A stretch of 64,000 bases of DNA from Planctomycetota bacterium (GCA_038212275.1 JBBQUR010000006.1:160001-224000); one strand, 5' to 3'. Shown: positions 31,800-41,772, counted from the first letter of the stretch. Notes: a model not told the origin generated them from the letters alone. Made by a program: numbers and translations.

Positions 31800-33110
31800 A
31801 TGAGACAGCTGTTTCGCCTTGCTCCCGCCACGCTCGCCGCGCTGCTCGGCGCGCTGCCCGCAGCCACTGCCGCCCAGGCCACGGATGCCAGCACGGTCGA
31901 TGTCGCCATCCTCGACATCCTGCGTGCCCGCGGCATCATCGACAGTGCGCAGTACGAGGAACTCGTGGCGCTTGCGCACGAGAAGGCAGCCTCCGCGTCT
32001 TCGGAGATCGACCTCATCGAGGGCAGGCTCGCACGGCTCGCGGCCCCCGATCCGACGCTCAGCATCGACGGCGGCAAGCCAGGCAAGCTGGTGTTCAAGT
32101 CCGCGGACGGCAAGTGGTCTCTCGGCGTGAACGGCATGCTGCAGGCCCGCGCGGAGTACGGCAATTCGAACGATGACAGCAAGGACGTGAAGAACTACAG
32201 CGACGCGCGCGGGCGGCTCAGCTTCGATGGCACGGCCGGCGCAGAGAACGTCACGTACAAGTTGGAGCTGAACACCTCCACCCAGAGCACCTCCAGCTCG
32301 ACCTCGTCGACGAAGAATTTCTCGCTGGAAGACGCGTGGGTGAACTGGGGCTTCGAGAGCGGCGCCAACCTGAAGTTCGGCCAGTTCAAGTTTCCGCTCG
32401 GTCGCGAGGAACTGACATCCTCGAGACAGCTCGAGTTCGAGGAACGCTCCATCGCCTCCAACCAGTTCGCTCCGTCGTTCGAGCCGGGCGCCATGGTTCA
32501 CGGCACGGCCGGCAGCGGCGAGTGGGAGTACTACCTCGCGTCATCGAACGGTCAGGGCACGGGAGCCAGCAATCCCTCGGGCAGCAACCAGAACGGTCTG
32601 CGCAACGGTTTTCGCGTGGTCTACAACCCGCTCGGCCCGTTCAAGCTGGAAGGCCCTGCCTTTCAGACCCTCGATGACGGCGCCACGAAGCTCGGGCTCG
32701 GCTTCGCCCTGAACAAGAACAGCGACTCCACCGGCAAGAACACGGTGACGCCGGGCGCCGACACGACGACGATGGACTTCGAGGCGCAGATGTTCAGCGG
32801 ACCGTGGGCGCTGCTGGCCGAGCACTACGACCGCACCTCGAACCTGCCGGGTGGCGCGGCCGACGTCGACGATGACGGCAACACGTTTCAGGTGGGTTAC
32901 TTCCTGGTGCCGCACCGCTGGGAGCTCGTGTCGCGCTACTCGAACATCAACTTTCAGGCGAGCCCCGATCAGAGCGAGCAGTCCCTCGGCGTGAACTACT
33001 ACGTGGACAAGCACAACGGCAAGTGGTCGCTGAACTTCAACAAGCTGGACAATCAGGGCTCGAGCCCCGACACCAATCAGCTGCAGCTCCAGTACCAGCT
33101 CATCTTCTGA
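31800..33110 (+). CDS. Phosphate-selective porin, OprO/OprP family
   Basis: Signal peptide, GQFKFPLGREELTSSRQLEFEERS motif, C-terminal LQYQLIF; divergent from phoBRU. Confidence 0.85.
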   Translation: MRQLFRLAPATLAALLGALPAATAAQATDASTVDVAILDILRARGIIDSAQYEELVALAHEKAASASSEIDLIEGRLARLAAPDPTLSIDGGKPGKLVFKSADGKWSLGVNGMLQARAEYGNSNDDSKDVKNYSDARGRLSFDGTAGAENVTYKLELNTSTQSTSSSTSSTKNFSLEDAWVNWGFESGANLKFGQFKFPLGREELTSSRQLEFEERSIASNQFAPSFEPGAMVHGTAGSGEWEYYLASSNGQGTGASNPSGSNQNGLRNGFRVVYNPLGPFKLEGPAFQTLDDGATKLGLGFALNKNSDSTGKNTVTPGADTTTMDFEAQMFSGPWALLAEHYDRTSNLPGGAADVDDDGNTFQVGYFLVPHRWELVSRYSNINFQASPDQSEQSLGVNYYVDKHNGKWSLNFNKLDNQGSSPDTNQLQLQYQLIF

Positions 33111-33345
33111 GCGGCCGCGTCTCGGGCCGTCGGTGGCCCGATCTGTCGCGGCGACCTGCAGGAATCGTGTCCGGGCTCACGGACTTCCGGTGAAGTTCCG
33201 CACCCCGGAGTGTCGGCCGGTGTTATATTCGCGGCCCCCCCGCAGGCTGCCGTGCAGCCCGTACGTGCGGGCCGGCTCCCTTGGGTCGGTGCTGCCGTTC
33301 GTCCGACATATCCCACCCCTGCTTTGCTTCGGAGAGCCATTGCAT

Positions 33346-34914
33346 ATGAACTTCCGTCTTCCGCTTTCGATGGTGTTCGCCGGTCTCATGGCCGCCCCCG
33401 CTTTCTGCCAGGCCACTCCGATCGGCACCGTGCGCGTCGCGACGGCTCTCGCGCGACCCGTGTGGGTCGGCCAGGCCCCGGGCGAGACGGATCCGACCCG
33501 CCTCTTCGTGATCGAGCAGAAGCAGGCCGACATCCACATCGTGCTCAACGGCGTGGTGCAGGAGCCGCCTTTCCTCGACCTCACCAATGCGAAGGTCGTG
33601 ACCAGCGGCAACGAGCAGGGACTGCTCGGCATGACCTTTCACCCCGACTTCCAGAACAACGGCCTCTTCTACATCAACTTCACGTCGGCTTCGGGCGGCG
33701 CCACGATCGTCGAGCGCTATGGCGTCATCGGCACGCCGGCCACCGCAACGGCGGCGGACGTGTCGTCCGCAACCGTGATCATCGGCCCGATCACGCAGCC
33801 GCAGACCAATCACAATGGCGGCAATCTCGCCTTCGGCCCCGACGGCAAGCTCTACATGGGCATGGGCGACGGCGGCAATTCCAATGACACCGGCCCGGGT
33901 CACGTGACCGGCGGCAACGCGCAGTCGGGCACCACGCTGCTCGGCAAGATGCTGCGGCTGAACGACGACGGCACGATTCCCTCCGACAACCCGTTCCTGA
34001 CGCCCGGCGACGGCATCATGGACGCGATCTGGCAGTTCGGCATGCGCAACCCCTGGCGCTGGTCCTTCGACAGCGAGACCGGCGATCTCTGGATCGCCGA
34101 CGTCGGCCAGGACGCGCACGAGGAGATCGACTTCGTCCCCGCGGGCCTCGGAGGACTGAACTTCGGCTGGCGCTGCATGGAGGGCTTCACGTGCACCGGT
34201 CTTTCCGGCTGCACCTGCAACGCTCCGACGCTGATGCTCCCGATCCACGACTACGCGCACACCGGCGGCAACTGCTCGGTGACGGGCGGCGGCCTGTATC
34301 GCGGCCAGGCCATTCCCGATCTCGCGGGCACGTATTTCTTCGCGGACTACTGCAGCAAGAAGATCTGGTCGCTGCGCTATGACGGCGCGACGGTCAGCGC
34401 CTTCACCGACCGCACGGCGGAACTCGCGCCGATCGCCGGCCAGTCGATCGATGCGATCACGTCCTTCGGCACGGACACGAAGGGCGAGCTGTACATCTGC
34501 GACCAGACCGGCGGCGACATCTTCAAGATCGTGCCGAAGAACGCCTTCACCGGACTGGGCTGCGCTCTGCCCGGCATGAACGGCAAGCCGGTGCTCTGGG
34601 CGGAAGGCAACTTCACGGCCAATGGCACGGGGACGATCCACCTGCAGAACGCGCTGGGTTCTGCCAGCTCCGTGCTCTTCGTCGGCCTCGTCGAAGGCGC
34701 CGCACCTTTCAAGGGCGGCGTGCTCAAGCCCGTGCCGGCCATCCTGACCCTGAACCTGCCGGTCGGCGCGAACGGAAAGGTCGACATCCCGTTCCTCATC
34801 GATCCGGTGGTTCCGAGCGGCACGCTCATCGCCTTCCAGTACGCGATCCAGGATCCTGGCGCGGTCAAGGGCGTGGCGCTGTCGAACGCACTCAAGGGCG
34901 TGACCACGCCGTAA
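33346..34914 (+). CDS. PQQ-dependent sugar dehydrogenase (glucose/sorbosone DH beta-propeller) with C-terminal domain
   Basis: EQGLLGMTFHPDF, NHNGGNLAFGPDG, GMRNPWRWSFD, DVGQDAHEEI; GGAGAG RBS; signal peptide. Confidence 0.9.
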   Translation: MNFRLPLSMVFAGLMAAPAFCQATPIGTVRVATALARPVWVGQAPGETDPTRLFVIEQKQADIHIVLNGVVQEPPFLDLTNAKVVTSGNEQGLLGMTFHPDFQNNGLFYINFTSASGGATIVERYGVIGTPATATAADVSSATVIIGPITQPQTNHNGGNLAFGPDGKLYMGMGDGGNSNDTGPGHVTGGNAQSGTTLLGKMLRLNDDGTIPSDNPFLTPGDGIMDAIWQFGMRNPWRWSFDSETGDLWIADVGQDAHEEIDFVPAGLGGLNFGWRCMEGFTCTGLSGCTCNAPTLMLPIHDYAHTGGNCSVTGGGLYRGQAIPDLAGTYFFADYCSKKIWSLRYDGATVSAFTDRTAELAPIAGQSIDAITSFGTDTKGELYICDQTGGDIFKIVPKNAFTGLGCALPGMNGKPVLWAEGNFTANGTGTIHLQNALGSASSVLFVGLVEGAAPFKGGVLKPVPAILTLNLPVGANGKVDIPFLIDPVVPSGTLIAFQYAIQDPGAVKGVALSNALKGVTTP

Positions 34915-34976
34915 GGCCTCACACGGCGGCAGACGACTCCGCGGCCGCCACGGCTGCCTGCGGATCGACGACAAGA

Positions 34977-35006
34977 CGGGCGGCGGGTGGCGACACCCGC
35001 CGCCCG
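34977..35006 (+). terminator. Strong hairpin downstream of the dehydrogenase (probable terminator or 3' stabiliser)
   Basis: Perfect 13-bp stem cgggcggcgggtg-GCGA-cacccgccgcccg; weak U-tract. Confidence 0.55.
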
Positions 35007-35081
35007 CGTCGTTGACTTCCCAAGCCTGCTGCCGTATCCCACACGCCGGCGAGGCCCTCGCGGCCTCGAGCTGACAAACTA

Positions 35082-35212
35082 CACACGGCACCCTCCGCGA
35101 GCGGCCTTCACGGCTCGCGGGGAGCGCATGGGGGAACCCGGTGCAACTCCGGGACTGGCCCGCAACCGTAAGCCGCGCCGCGGCAAGTCGGATTGCCCAT
35201 GCCCGCCGTGGA
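35082..35212 (+). promoter_or_regulatory. Cobalamin riboswitch (compact form lacking the long P6 extension) upstream of btuFCD
   Basis: GGGAA-cccGGTGcAActCCggg-ACTG-cccgcAACcGTAA...AAGtcGGAttgCC core; closing cacgg/ccgtg stem; precedes a B12-type ABC transporter. Confidence 0.88.
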
Positions 35213-35235
35213 GACCTTCGGATGCAGGGTGCGAC

Positions 35236-36192
35236 ATGACATCTGCCCAAGACGCGGTGGCGCGACGGACCAGGCTGCATGCCTCGTGCTCCGCGCTCGT
35301 GGCGATGCTGCTGCTGTCGCTGCAGTTCGCAACGCCCGGCTGCGGCCGTGAGCCGGTTCAAGCCGCCGACCTGCACCTGCCGGCGGCGCCTCAACGCATC
35401 GTGCCCGCCAGCGCGGCGGCGGTGGATCTGGTGTGCGCCCTCGTCGGTCCGGAGCGCATCGCCGGGCTGCCGGCGCAAGCGCTCGACTACTCGGGCCTGC
35501 ACGCACGTGGCGCCGCGGGAGAACCCTATCTGCGCCTGCCCCAGTTCCAGGCCTACGCGGCCGAACCGTTGCTCGCGCTGGACCCCGACCTCGTGCTCGC
35601 GGACAACTGGCAGCTGGCCGACACGACCGCGCGCTTGCGCGAAGCCGGCGTGCCCGTGCTCGCTCTCACGGCACTCGAATCGTATCGGGACGTGCGGTCG
35701 AGCGTCACGCTCCTGGGCGAGGCGCTCGGCGTGCCGGAGCAGGCGCGCCTCGTCGTCGCGGATCTCGATGCGCGCGTGGATGCGCTGAAGTCCAGCGGCG
35801 GGCAGCGTGCGGGACACACCGTGCTGGCCTACAGCAATGGCGGCGCGGGCGGGTGGGTTGCAGGCGCCGGCACCGCGGCTGACGAGTGGATCCGTCTTGC
35901 CGGCCTGAAGAATGCAGCCGCCGATCGCGTGGGCCACCAGCGCTGCAGCTTCGAGGAACTTCTCACGCTGGACCCCGACCTGCTCGTGGTGAGCGGTCCG
36001 GGCAACTTCGATCGCAAGGGCGCCACCGAGCGCCTGCTGCGAGAGGAACCCGCGCTCGGCGGCCTGCGCGCGCTCGCCGGCCAACGCGTCATCGTGCTGC
36101 CCGCGTGGCTCTACGACACGGCGAGCCAGCACATCGTGTCGGCGGCCGAGGCGCTCGCGCAGGGAGCCGATCGCGCGCTGGGTGGGTCGTGA
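35236..36192 (+). CDS. btuF: Cobalamin ABC transporter substrate-binding protein
   Basis: PQRIV, EPLLALDPDLVL, SFEELLTLDPD (Peripla_BP_2); riboswitch upstream. Confidence 0.82.
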   Translation: MTSAQDAVARRTRLHASCSALVAMLLLSLQFATPGCGREPVQAADLHLPAAPQRIVPASAAAVDLVCALVGPERIAGLPAQALDYSGLHARGAAGEPYLRLPQFQAYAAEPLLALDPDLVLADNWQLADTTARLREAGVPVLALTALESYRDVRSSVTLLGEALGVPEQARLVVADLDARVDALKSSGGQRAGHTVLAYSNGGAGGWVAGAGTAADEWIRLAGLKNAAADRVGHQRCSFEELLTLDPDLLVVSGPGNFDRKGATERLLREEPALGGLRALAGQRVIVLPAWLYDTASQHIVSAAEALAQGADRALGGS

Positions 36193-37307
36193 GCAGCGCA
36201 GGCAGCGAGGCTCCTCTCGCCGGCACCGTGCGCGCCTCGGGCGCCGGTAGCTCGCGGACTTCCTGGCTGTTCGCGGTCTGCATGCTGCTGTGCCTTCCGG
36301 CTCTTGTGCTGCTGTCGTTGCGCACGGGCAGCGCCGGCAGTCTCGGCCTGGCGGAGATCGTGCGCGGCTGCCGTGCCGCATGCGGGGGAGCCGATCCGCT
36401 CCCGGGCGCGACTCAGGTCATCGTCGAGCTTCGGCTCTGGCGCGCGCTCACGACGGCCGGCGTGGGTGCGGCGCTGGCCCTCTCCGGGGCACTGCTGCAG
36501 GGACTGTTCCGCAATGCGCTCGCCTCGCCTGCCGTCCTCGGCGTCACGGGAGGCGCGAGTCTCGGAGCGACGCTTGCCATCCTCGCGCTCGGCGGCGGCG
36601 CTCCGCTGCTGCTCGCCGTGGACGGCAGCCGTGCCGGTCTGATGGTGCCGCTGTGCGCCTTCGTCGGCGCGACGTTCGCGGTCAGTGCGGTCATGCTCCT
36701 GGCCGGAGCAGGCGGCCGCATCTCCGCACCGACGCTGCTGCTCACGGGCATCGCGCTCAACAGCGTGATTGCCGGCGTGCTCGCGCTCCTCTCCGCGCTG
36801 TCCCTGCGCGACTGGGAGGTCTCCCGCGCGATCCTTTCCTGGACCTTCGGCACGCTGGACGACCGCTCGCCGCAGCACGTGCTCACCATCGGCATCGGGC
36901 TGGCCGTCGCGCTTCTCGTCGTGCCTTTCGTGGCGTGGGAGCTGGACCTGCTGCAATCCGGTGAGGATGACGCGCGCTCGCTGGGCGTGCACACCTTCCG
37001 GGTGCGCCTGCTGTGCATCGCGGGCAGCTCGCTCGCCGCCGCCGCGGCCGTGGCCGTCGCGGGCCAGATCGCATTTGTCGGCCTGGTCGTGCCGCATCTC
37101 GTGCGGCTCGTCACAGGCCGCGGCCACCGCTCGCTGCTGCTGCTGTCGCCGCTGGCCGGCGCGGTCTTTCTGGTGGGGGTGGAGTGGGCCCAGAGGGCCC
37201 TGCTCGGAGACCGGGCGCTGCCGCCCGGCGTCATGATGTCGCTGGTCGGCGGGCCGTTCTTCCTCGCGCTGCTGATGTGGCAGCGCAAGGAGCTGGAGAC
37301 GTGGTGA
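36189..37307 (+). CDS. btuC: Cobalamin ABC transporter permease (FecCD family)
   Basis: LALSGALLQGLFRNALASP, GEDDARSLGV, IAFVGLVVPH, GGPFF. Confidence 0.85.
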   Translation: MSSAGSEAPLAGTVRASGAGSSRTSWLFAVCMLLCLPALVLLSLRTGSAGSLGLAEIVRGCRAACGGADPLPGATQVIVELRLWRALTTAGVGAALALSGALLQGLFRNALASPAVLGVTGGASLGATLAILALGGGAPLLLAVDGSRAGLMVPLCAFVGATFAVSAVMLLAGAGGRISAPTLLLTGIALNSVIAGVLALLSALSLRDWEVSRAILSWTFGTLDDRSPQHVLTIGIGLAVALLVVPFVAWELDLLQSGEDDARSLGVHTFRVRLLCIAGSSLAAAAAVAVAGQIAFVGLVVPHLVRLVTGRGHRSLLLLSPLAGAVFLVGVEWAQRALLGDRALPPGVMMSLVGGPFFLALLMWQRKELETW

Positions 37308-38089
37308 GCTCCCTGCGCGGCGACGACCTCGTCTACGAACACCCGGGACCGGTGCGTGCGGTGGACGGCGTGTCGCTGGAGCTGCGGCCGGGAGAGTTGC
37401 TCGTGATCCTCGGCCCCAATGGTTCCGGCAAGAGCACCTTGCTGCGACTGCTCGGCGGCCTGCTTCGTCCCGCCCGGGGCAGCGTGCTCTGCGACGGCAG
37501 GTCCATGTCGTCGATCGGATTGCGCGAGCGCGCCCGCATGCTTGCCGTCGTGCCGCAGTCTCTCGCCACGATGCCTGAAACGAGCGTGGCGGCCTTCGTG
37601 ACCGGCGGTCGTTACGCGCGCATCTCGCCGTGGCGCGGCCCGCAGGCGCGCGACGCTCGTGCCATCGGCTACGCGCTGGAGGCCGCCGATGTCGGCGACC
37701 TCGGCAACAGGCGCATGACGGACCTTTCGGGAGGGCAGCGCCAGCGCGTGCTCGTGGCGCGCGCGCTCGCGCAGGAAGCGCAGGTGCTGCTCGTGGACGA
37801 GCCGACGGCCGCGCTGGACCTCGAACACCAGGTCCGAGTCTTCGCCATGCTGGCGCGCCTCGCCGACCACGAGCGCTCGGTCCTCGTGGTGACGCACGAC
37901 GTGAACCTGGCGAGCCAGTTCGCCGATCGCGTGCTGCTGCTGGCCGGAGGGCGGCTGGTCGCCGGCGGCGTGCCCGACGAGGTGCTGCGCAGGGAGGTCC
38001 TCGAACCGGTCTACGGGCCGCACCTGCACTTCGGGCGCATGCCTCCGCCGGATCAGCGTCCCTTCGTGATTCCCTGGTTGAGGGCCTGA
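37304..38089 (+). CDS. btuD: Cobalamin ABC transporter ATPase
   Basis: GPNGSGKST, LSGGQRQR, LLVDEPT, VTHD. Confidence 0.85.
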   Translation: MSSLRGDDLVYEHPGPVRAVDGVSLELRPGELLVILGPNGSGKSTLLRLLGGLLRPARGSVLCDGRSMSSIGLRERARMLAVVPQSLATMPETSVAAFVTGGRYARISPWRGPQARDARAIGYALEAADVGDLGNRRMTDLSGGQRQRVLVARALAQEAQVLLVDEPTAALDLEHQVRVFAMLARLADHERSVLVVTHDVNLASQFADRVLLLAGGRLVAGGVPDEVLRREVLEPVYGPHLHFGRMPPPDQRPFVIPWLRA

Positions 38090-38190
38090 CGCCGCTCCCG
38101 GACGCCCCGCAGGCTCGGTGAGCCCGGGCCGCCTCCATCGCATGGCGCTGCCCGACTCCATTTCAAGCACGGGCCGGTCGATACGGCCAT

Positions 38191-40734
38191 GTGGACATCC
38201 AGACTTCGCCTTGTTCCCGACCGCTCCTCCCGCAACGCGCCTGGCGCAGCCTGCTGCTGCCCGGCCTGGCGGCAGCCTTCGTCTGCGTCCCGGCGGCCGT
38301 CGTGCCGGCGCAGCTCGCCTTCGTGCCCAACCGCGGTCAATGGGAGGGGCCCGCACTCTTCCGCGCAGAGCGCGGCGAGCAGACCGCGTGGTTCCTCGCC
38401 GACGGATTCGTCCTCGCGCTCGAGCCCCGACCCGAGCACACCGATCCCACGGAACTCACCGGTCGCGGCGTGGCGTTGCGCCTGTCCTTTGCCGACACGA
38501 CACGCGGCCCCGCGCCGCGGGGCGAGGGCCGTCGCCTCGAGCGCAGGAACTGGTTCACCGCGGGCCGCGCGATCACGGAAGTGCCCGCCTTCGACGCGCT
38601 GCGCTACCGCGACGTCTGGCCCGGTGTCGACATCGCGCTGCACGCCGGCGACGACGCCCTCGAGTACGACCTGTGCCTGCAACCGGGCGCCGACGTGTCG
38701 GCCATCGCGCTGCGTTGCGAGGGCGCGCTGGCGCTCGAGCTGGACGACGACGGCGCCCTGCTGCTGCACACGGAGCTCGGCCCGCTGCGCCAGCCCGCGC
38801 CGCGCACCTGGCTCGTGCATGAGGACGGCGGCCGAGAAGAGGTCGTGTGCATGTACAGGCTCCTGGGAGGCAACCGCTTCGGCTTCGAGATGCCGGGCGG
38901 CACGGCGGGGCTGGCAGCCGTCATCGACCCTGTGCTGCAGTGGGCGAGCTACCTCGGCGGCACGAGCCTGGAATACGTGTACGCGGTGACGTGCAGCGAA
39001 GCCGGCCTCACCGTCGCCGGCGCCACGTCCGTGAGCAACTTCCCGACGACGACCGGCGCCTACGACAAGAGCTGGAACGGGCAGCAGGACGCCTTCGTGT
39101 CGCGCCTCGCGGCCGACGGAAGCACGCTCATCTACTCCACGTTTCTCGGCGGGAGCAAGGATGAGGAGGCGCGCGCGGTGACGATCGACGGCCAGGGCGG
39201 CATCGTGATCGCCGGATGGACGTCGTCTGCCAACTTCCCGACCTCGGCCACGGCCTTCGACAAGAGCTGGGGCGGAGGCACCGGCACGCTGCACTCGGAC
39301 GCCTTCGTGACGCGCCTGTCGCCGACCGGCACGGCGCTCGTCTTCTCGACCTATCTCGGCGGCACCAAGGAAGACTTCGCCAGCTGCGTGGGCGTCGATG
39401 GCGCCGGACGCGTGCACGTCGCGGGCAAGACGTCCTCCGCGGATTTCCCGACGACGACGGGCGCCTTCGATCGCACGCACAACGGCGGCAGCAACGACGT
39501 GGGCGACGCCTTCGTCGCGTGCCTGCAACCCGACGGCGCGGTGCTGTACTCGTCGAGCTTCCTCGGCGGCGCCGGCGACGAGTTCATCAATGCCCTCTTC
39601 GTCGGCGATGACAGCAGCACGACGGTCGCAGGCTGGACGTCATCGGCCGGCTTTCCGACGACGCCAGGCGCCCTCGACACGGTGCTTGGCGGCACCTCGG
39701 ATGCCTTCGTCGCGCGACTTCCGGCGGACGGCGCCACGCTGTCCTTCTCCAGCTTCCTCGGCGGATCGGGCGACGACAACGCGCTCGCGCTCGCTGCAGG
39801 CAGCGACGGATCCTTCTCGGTGGCGGGCACGACGCTCTCGACGGACTTTCCCGTGACCAGCGGCGCGATGCAGCAGGCCTGGCACGGCGGCACGTACTTC
39901 GGCGATGCCTTCGTCGTCACGCTGGAGGCCGGCGCGACGGCCGTGCGCTCCGCTTCCTACTTCGGCGGCGCCGGCGACGACGTGGCCACCGGCCTCGGTT
40001 TCACGCCCGACGGCACGCTCGCGCTCTGCGGCTGGACGCAGTCGGCGGACCTTCCGCTCGGCGAAGCGCCGATGGACGCCTCGCTCGGCGGCACGACCGA
40101 CGCCTTCTTCGCGCGCACCGATCCCGCGGACGGCACGCTCATGTCGGCCACCTATTTCGGCGGCCCCAGCCAGGACAAGGCCTACGGTCTGGCGCTCGGT
40201 CAGGATGGTCTCGCGGCGATGGCCGGCTACACGAACTCGGCCGCGTTCCCCGTGACGAGCGGCAGCTACGACACGCACTTCGACGGCTTCGAGGGCCTCG
40301 TCGGCGACGGCTTCATCGCGCAATTCGCGCTCGAACTCGACAGCGGCTCAGCCGCCACCGCCACCTGGGTCGATGCCGGCTTCGCACTGGCCGGGCAGGC
40401 AGGCAAGATGCCCGCGCTGTCGGGGACAGGCAGCCTGGCGCCGCTGAGCCCGGGCACCGTGAATCTCGAGAACGCCGCGCCCTCGGCGCTCACGCTCGTC
40501 ATCAGCAGCTCCGTCGCCGGCTACCTCCCGGTGAAGGGCGGCACGCTCGTTCCCTACCCGATCTTCAACATCCTGGTGCTCGGCACCGACCCGATCGGTG
40601 GCCTCGTCATTCCCTACACGTGGCCCGCGCAGGTTCCGTCGGGGCAGACGCTCTACGTGCAGGCGTGGGTCCTCGATGCGGGCGCGGTGTTCGGGGCGGC
40701 GGCGAGCAATGCGATTGTGGCGACGGCGCCCTGA
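38191..40734 (+). CDS. Exported SBBP-repeat (beta-propeller) protein with C-terminal domain
   Basis: FVPNRGQW N-domain; repeated STYLGG...GxTxSxDFPTTxGAFD...DAFV units. Confidence 0.88.
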   Translation: MDIQTSPCSRPLLPQRAWRSLLLPGLAAAFVCVPAAVVPAQLAFVPNRGQWEGPALFRAERGEQTAWFLADGFVLALEPRPEHTDPTELTGRGVALRLSFADTTRGPAPRGEGRRLERRNWFTAGRAITEVPAFDALRYRDVWPGVDIALHAGDDALEYDLCLQPGADVSAIALRCEGALALELDDDGALLLHTELGPLRQPAPRTWLVHEDGGREEVVCMYRLLGGNRFGFEMPGGTAGLAAVIDPVLQWASYLGGTSLEYVYAVTCSEAGLTVAGATSVSNFPTTTGAYDKSWNGQQDAFVSRLAADGSTLIYSTFLGGSKDEEARAVTIDGQGGIVIAGWTSSANFPTSATAFDKSWGGGTGTLHSDAFVTRLSPTGTALVFSTYLGGTKEDFASCVGVDGAGRVHVAGKTSSADFPTTTGAFDRTHNGGSNDVGDAFVACLQPDGAVLYSSSFLGGAGDEFINALFVGDDSSTTVAGWTSSAGFPTTPGALDTVLGGTSDAFVARLPADGATLSFSSFLGGSGDDNALALAAGSDGSFSVAGTTLSTDFPVTSGAMQQAWHGGTYFGDAFVVTLEAGATAVRSASYFGGAGDDVATGLGFTPDGTLALCGWTQSADLPLGEAPMDASLGGTTDAFFARTDPADGTLMSATYFGGPSQDKAYGLALGQDGLAAMAGYTNSAAFPVTSGSYDTHFDGFEGLVGDGFIAQFALELDSGSAATATWVDAGFALAGQAGKMPALSGTGSLAPLSPGTVNLENAAPSALTLVISSSVAGYLPVKGGTLVPYPIFNILVLGTDPIGGLVIPYTWPAQVPSGQTLYVQAWVLDAGAVFGAAASNAIVATAP

Positions 40735-40808
40735 GCGGAGCGCGCGGGGGGGCGCGGGGGGCGCGGCTTCGCTTGGCCGGGGGCTGCCCCTGCGGGCGAG
40801 ATGCGCGG

Positions 40809-41005
40809 GAGTCGCATGGGGCGGGGAGTGCGCGGGGCGGGAGGATTGTCCGGCGCTGCGCCCGTGGGGCAACAGGACACGGAGCAATTCCGGGAGCGGC
40901 GCCCTTCGCGCCGGACAAACCTCCCGTCCCGCGCACGTGCCGAGGCACGGGCTTCCGTGCCATGCGAGGGTGGGGCAGGTCCCGGCGGGCGCTTCGCTGC
41001 GCCTC
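40809..41005 (+). repeat. ~200-bp structured REP/MITE-like element, copy 1
   Basis: Near-identical to the reverse complement of 41520-41714; internal 27-bp arms gcgcggggcgggaggattgtccggcgc / gcgccggacaaacctcccgtcccgcgc. Confidence 0.9.
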
Positions 41006-41102
41006 ACGCGTGGGCTTTTGGGGGAACGCATTTTCCGCAATGAGATGGTGATGGACTCGGCATGCGGTCAGACATCGCTTGAGCGGGGATGGGGAGATTG
41101 CG

Positions 41103-41285
41103 GTGCTCGGCGCGTGATGCTCAGGTGCGGAATGCTCAGCACTCAATGATCAGAACGCAATCCTCAAGCGGGCAATGTTCGGCGTGCACGGCGCAGCGCG
41201 GAACGCCTCGCGCGTGACGCTCAGCTCGAGATGCTGAGCGCGTGCCTCTCAACGCGTAGTTCCCAGCAAGTGCTGCTCAGCGCGG
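41103..41285 (+). repeat. Degenerate 14-15-bp tandem array (core ATGCTCAG)
   Basis: Cores at 41103, 41117, 41132, 41146, 41160, 41175, 41217, 41231, 41259, 41273. Confidence 0.7.
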
Positions 41286-41357
41286 GATGACCATGACGGG
41301 CGGCAGGCACAGCGAATGCGTCACGCAGTGGCGGAGACGGAACGCGTCCGCTGAAGC

Positions 41358-41413
41358 GACTCGCAGTTGGGCAGCACACGACTTCGCAGTTGGGCGCTGC
41401 ATGACTTCGCAGC
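41358..41413 (+). repeat. 22-23-bp direct repeat x2.5
   Basis: gact(t)cgcagttgggc at 41358 and 41380, partial copy at 41403. Confidence 0.75.
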
Positions 41414-41519
41414 GCTCGCGCTCCGCCGGACCGCCGTCATTCGTCTGAGCCACCGCTCCGCCCGAGACTCGGGCCGGGCGCGCTCGCAGTCCTTACGTTC
41501 AACCTACGCAGCGTGCGAC

Positions 41520-41714
41520 GGCGTCGAGAAGCGCAAGCCCCGGGAGTGCTGACCGCCTCGCCTGGCACGGAAAAGCCTGCCTCGGCGAGCGCGGGACGGG
41601 AGGTTTGTCCGGCGCGAAGGGCGCCGCTCCCGGAACCACGACGCGTCCTGTTGCCCCAGGGGCGCAGCGCCGGACAATCCTCCCGCCCCGCGCACCCCCC
41701 GCCCCAAGCGACTC
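41520..41714 (-). repeat. ~200-bp structured REP/MITE-like element, copy 2 (inverted)
   Basis: Reverse complement aligns with 40809-41005. Confidence 0.9.
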
Positions 41715-41772
41715 ACATCTTCCTCGGCCCCAGCGCGGTCAGCACCCCCGGCGCGACCGCGAAACAAAGCCG

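Noticed and set aside
41480..41505. dif-like site (ttacgttcaac resembling a XerD arm)
   Set aside because: Poor match and no XerC arm.
40598..41552. Small ORFs within the inverted-repeat interval, considered as a transposase or cargo gene
   Set aside because: No recognisable motifs, poor codon pattern, and they run through repeat DNA.
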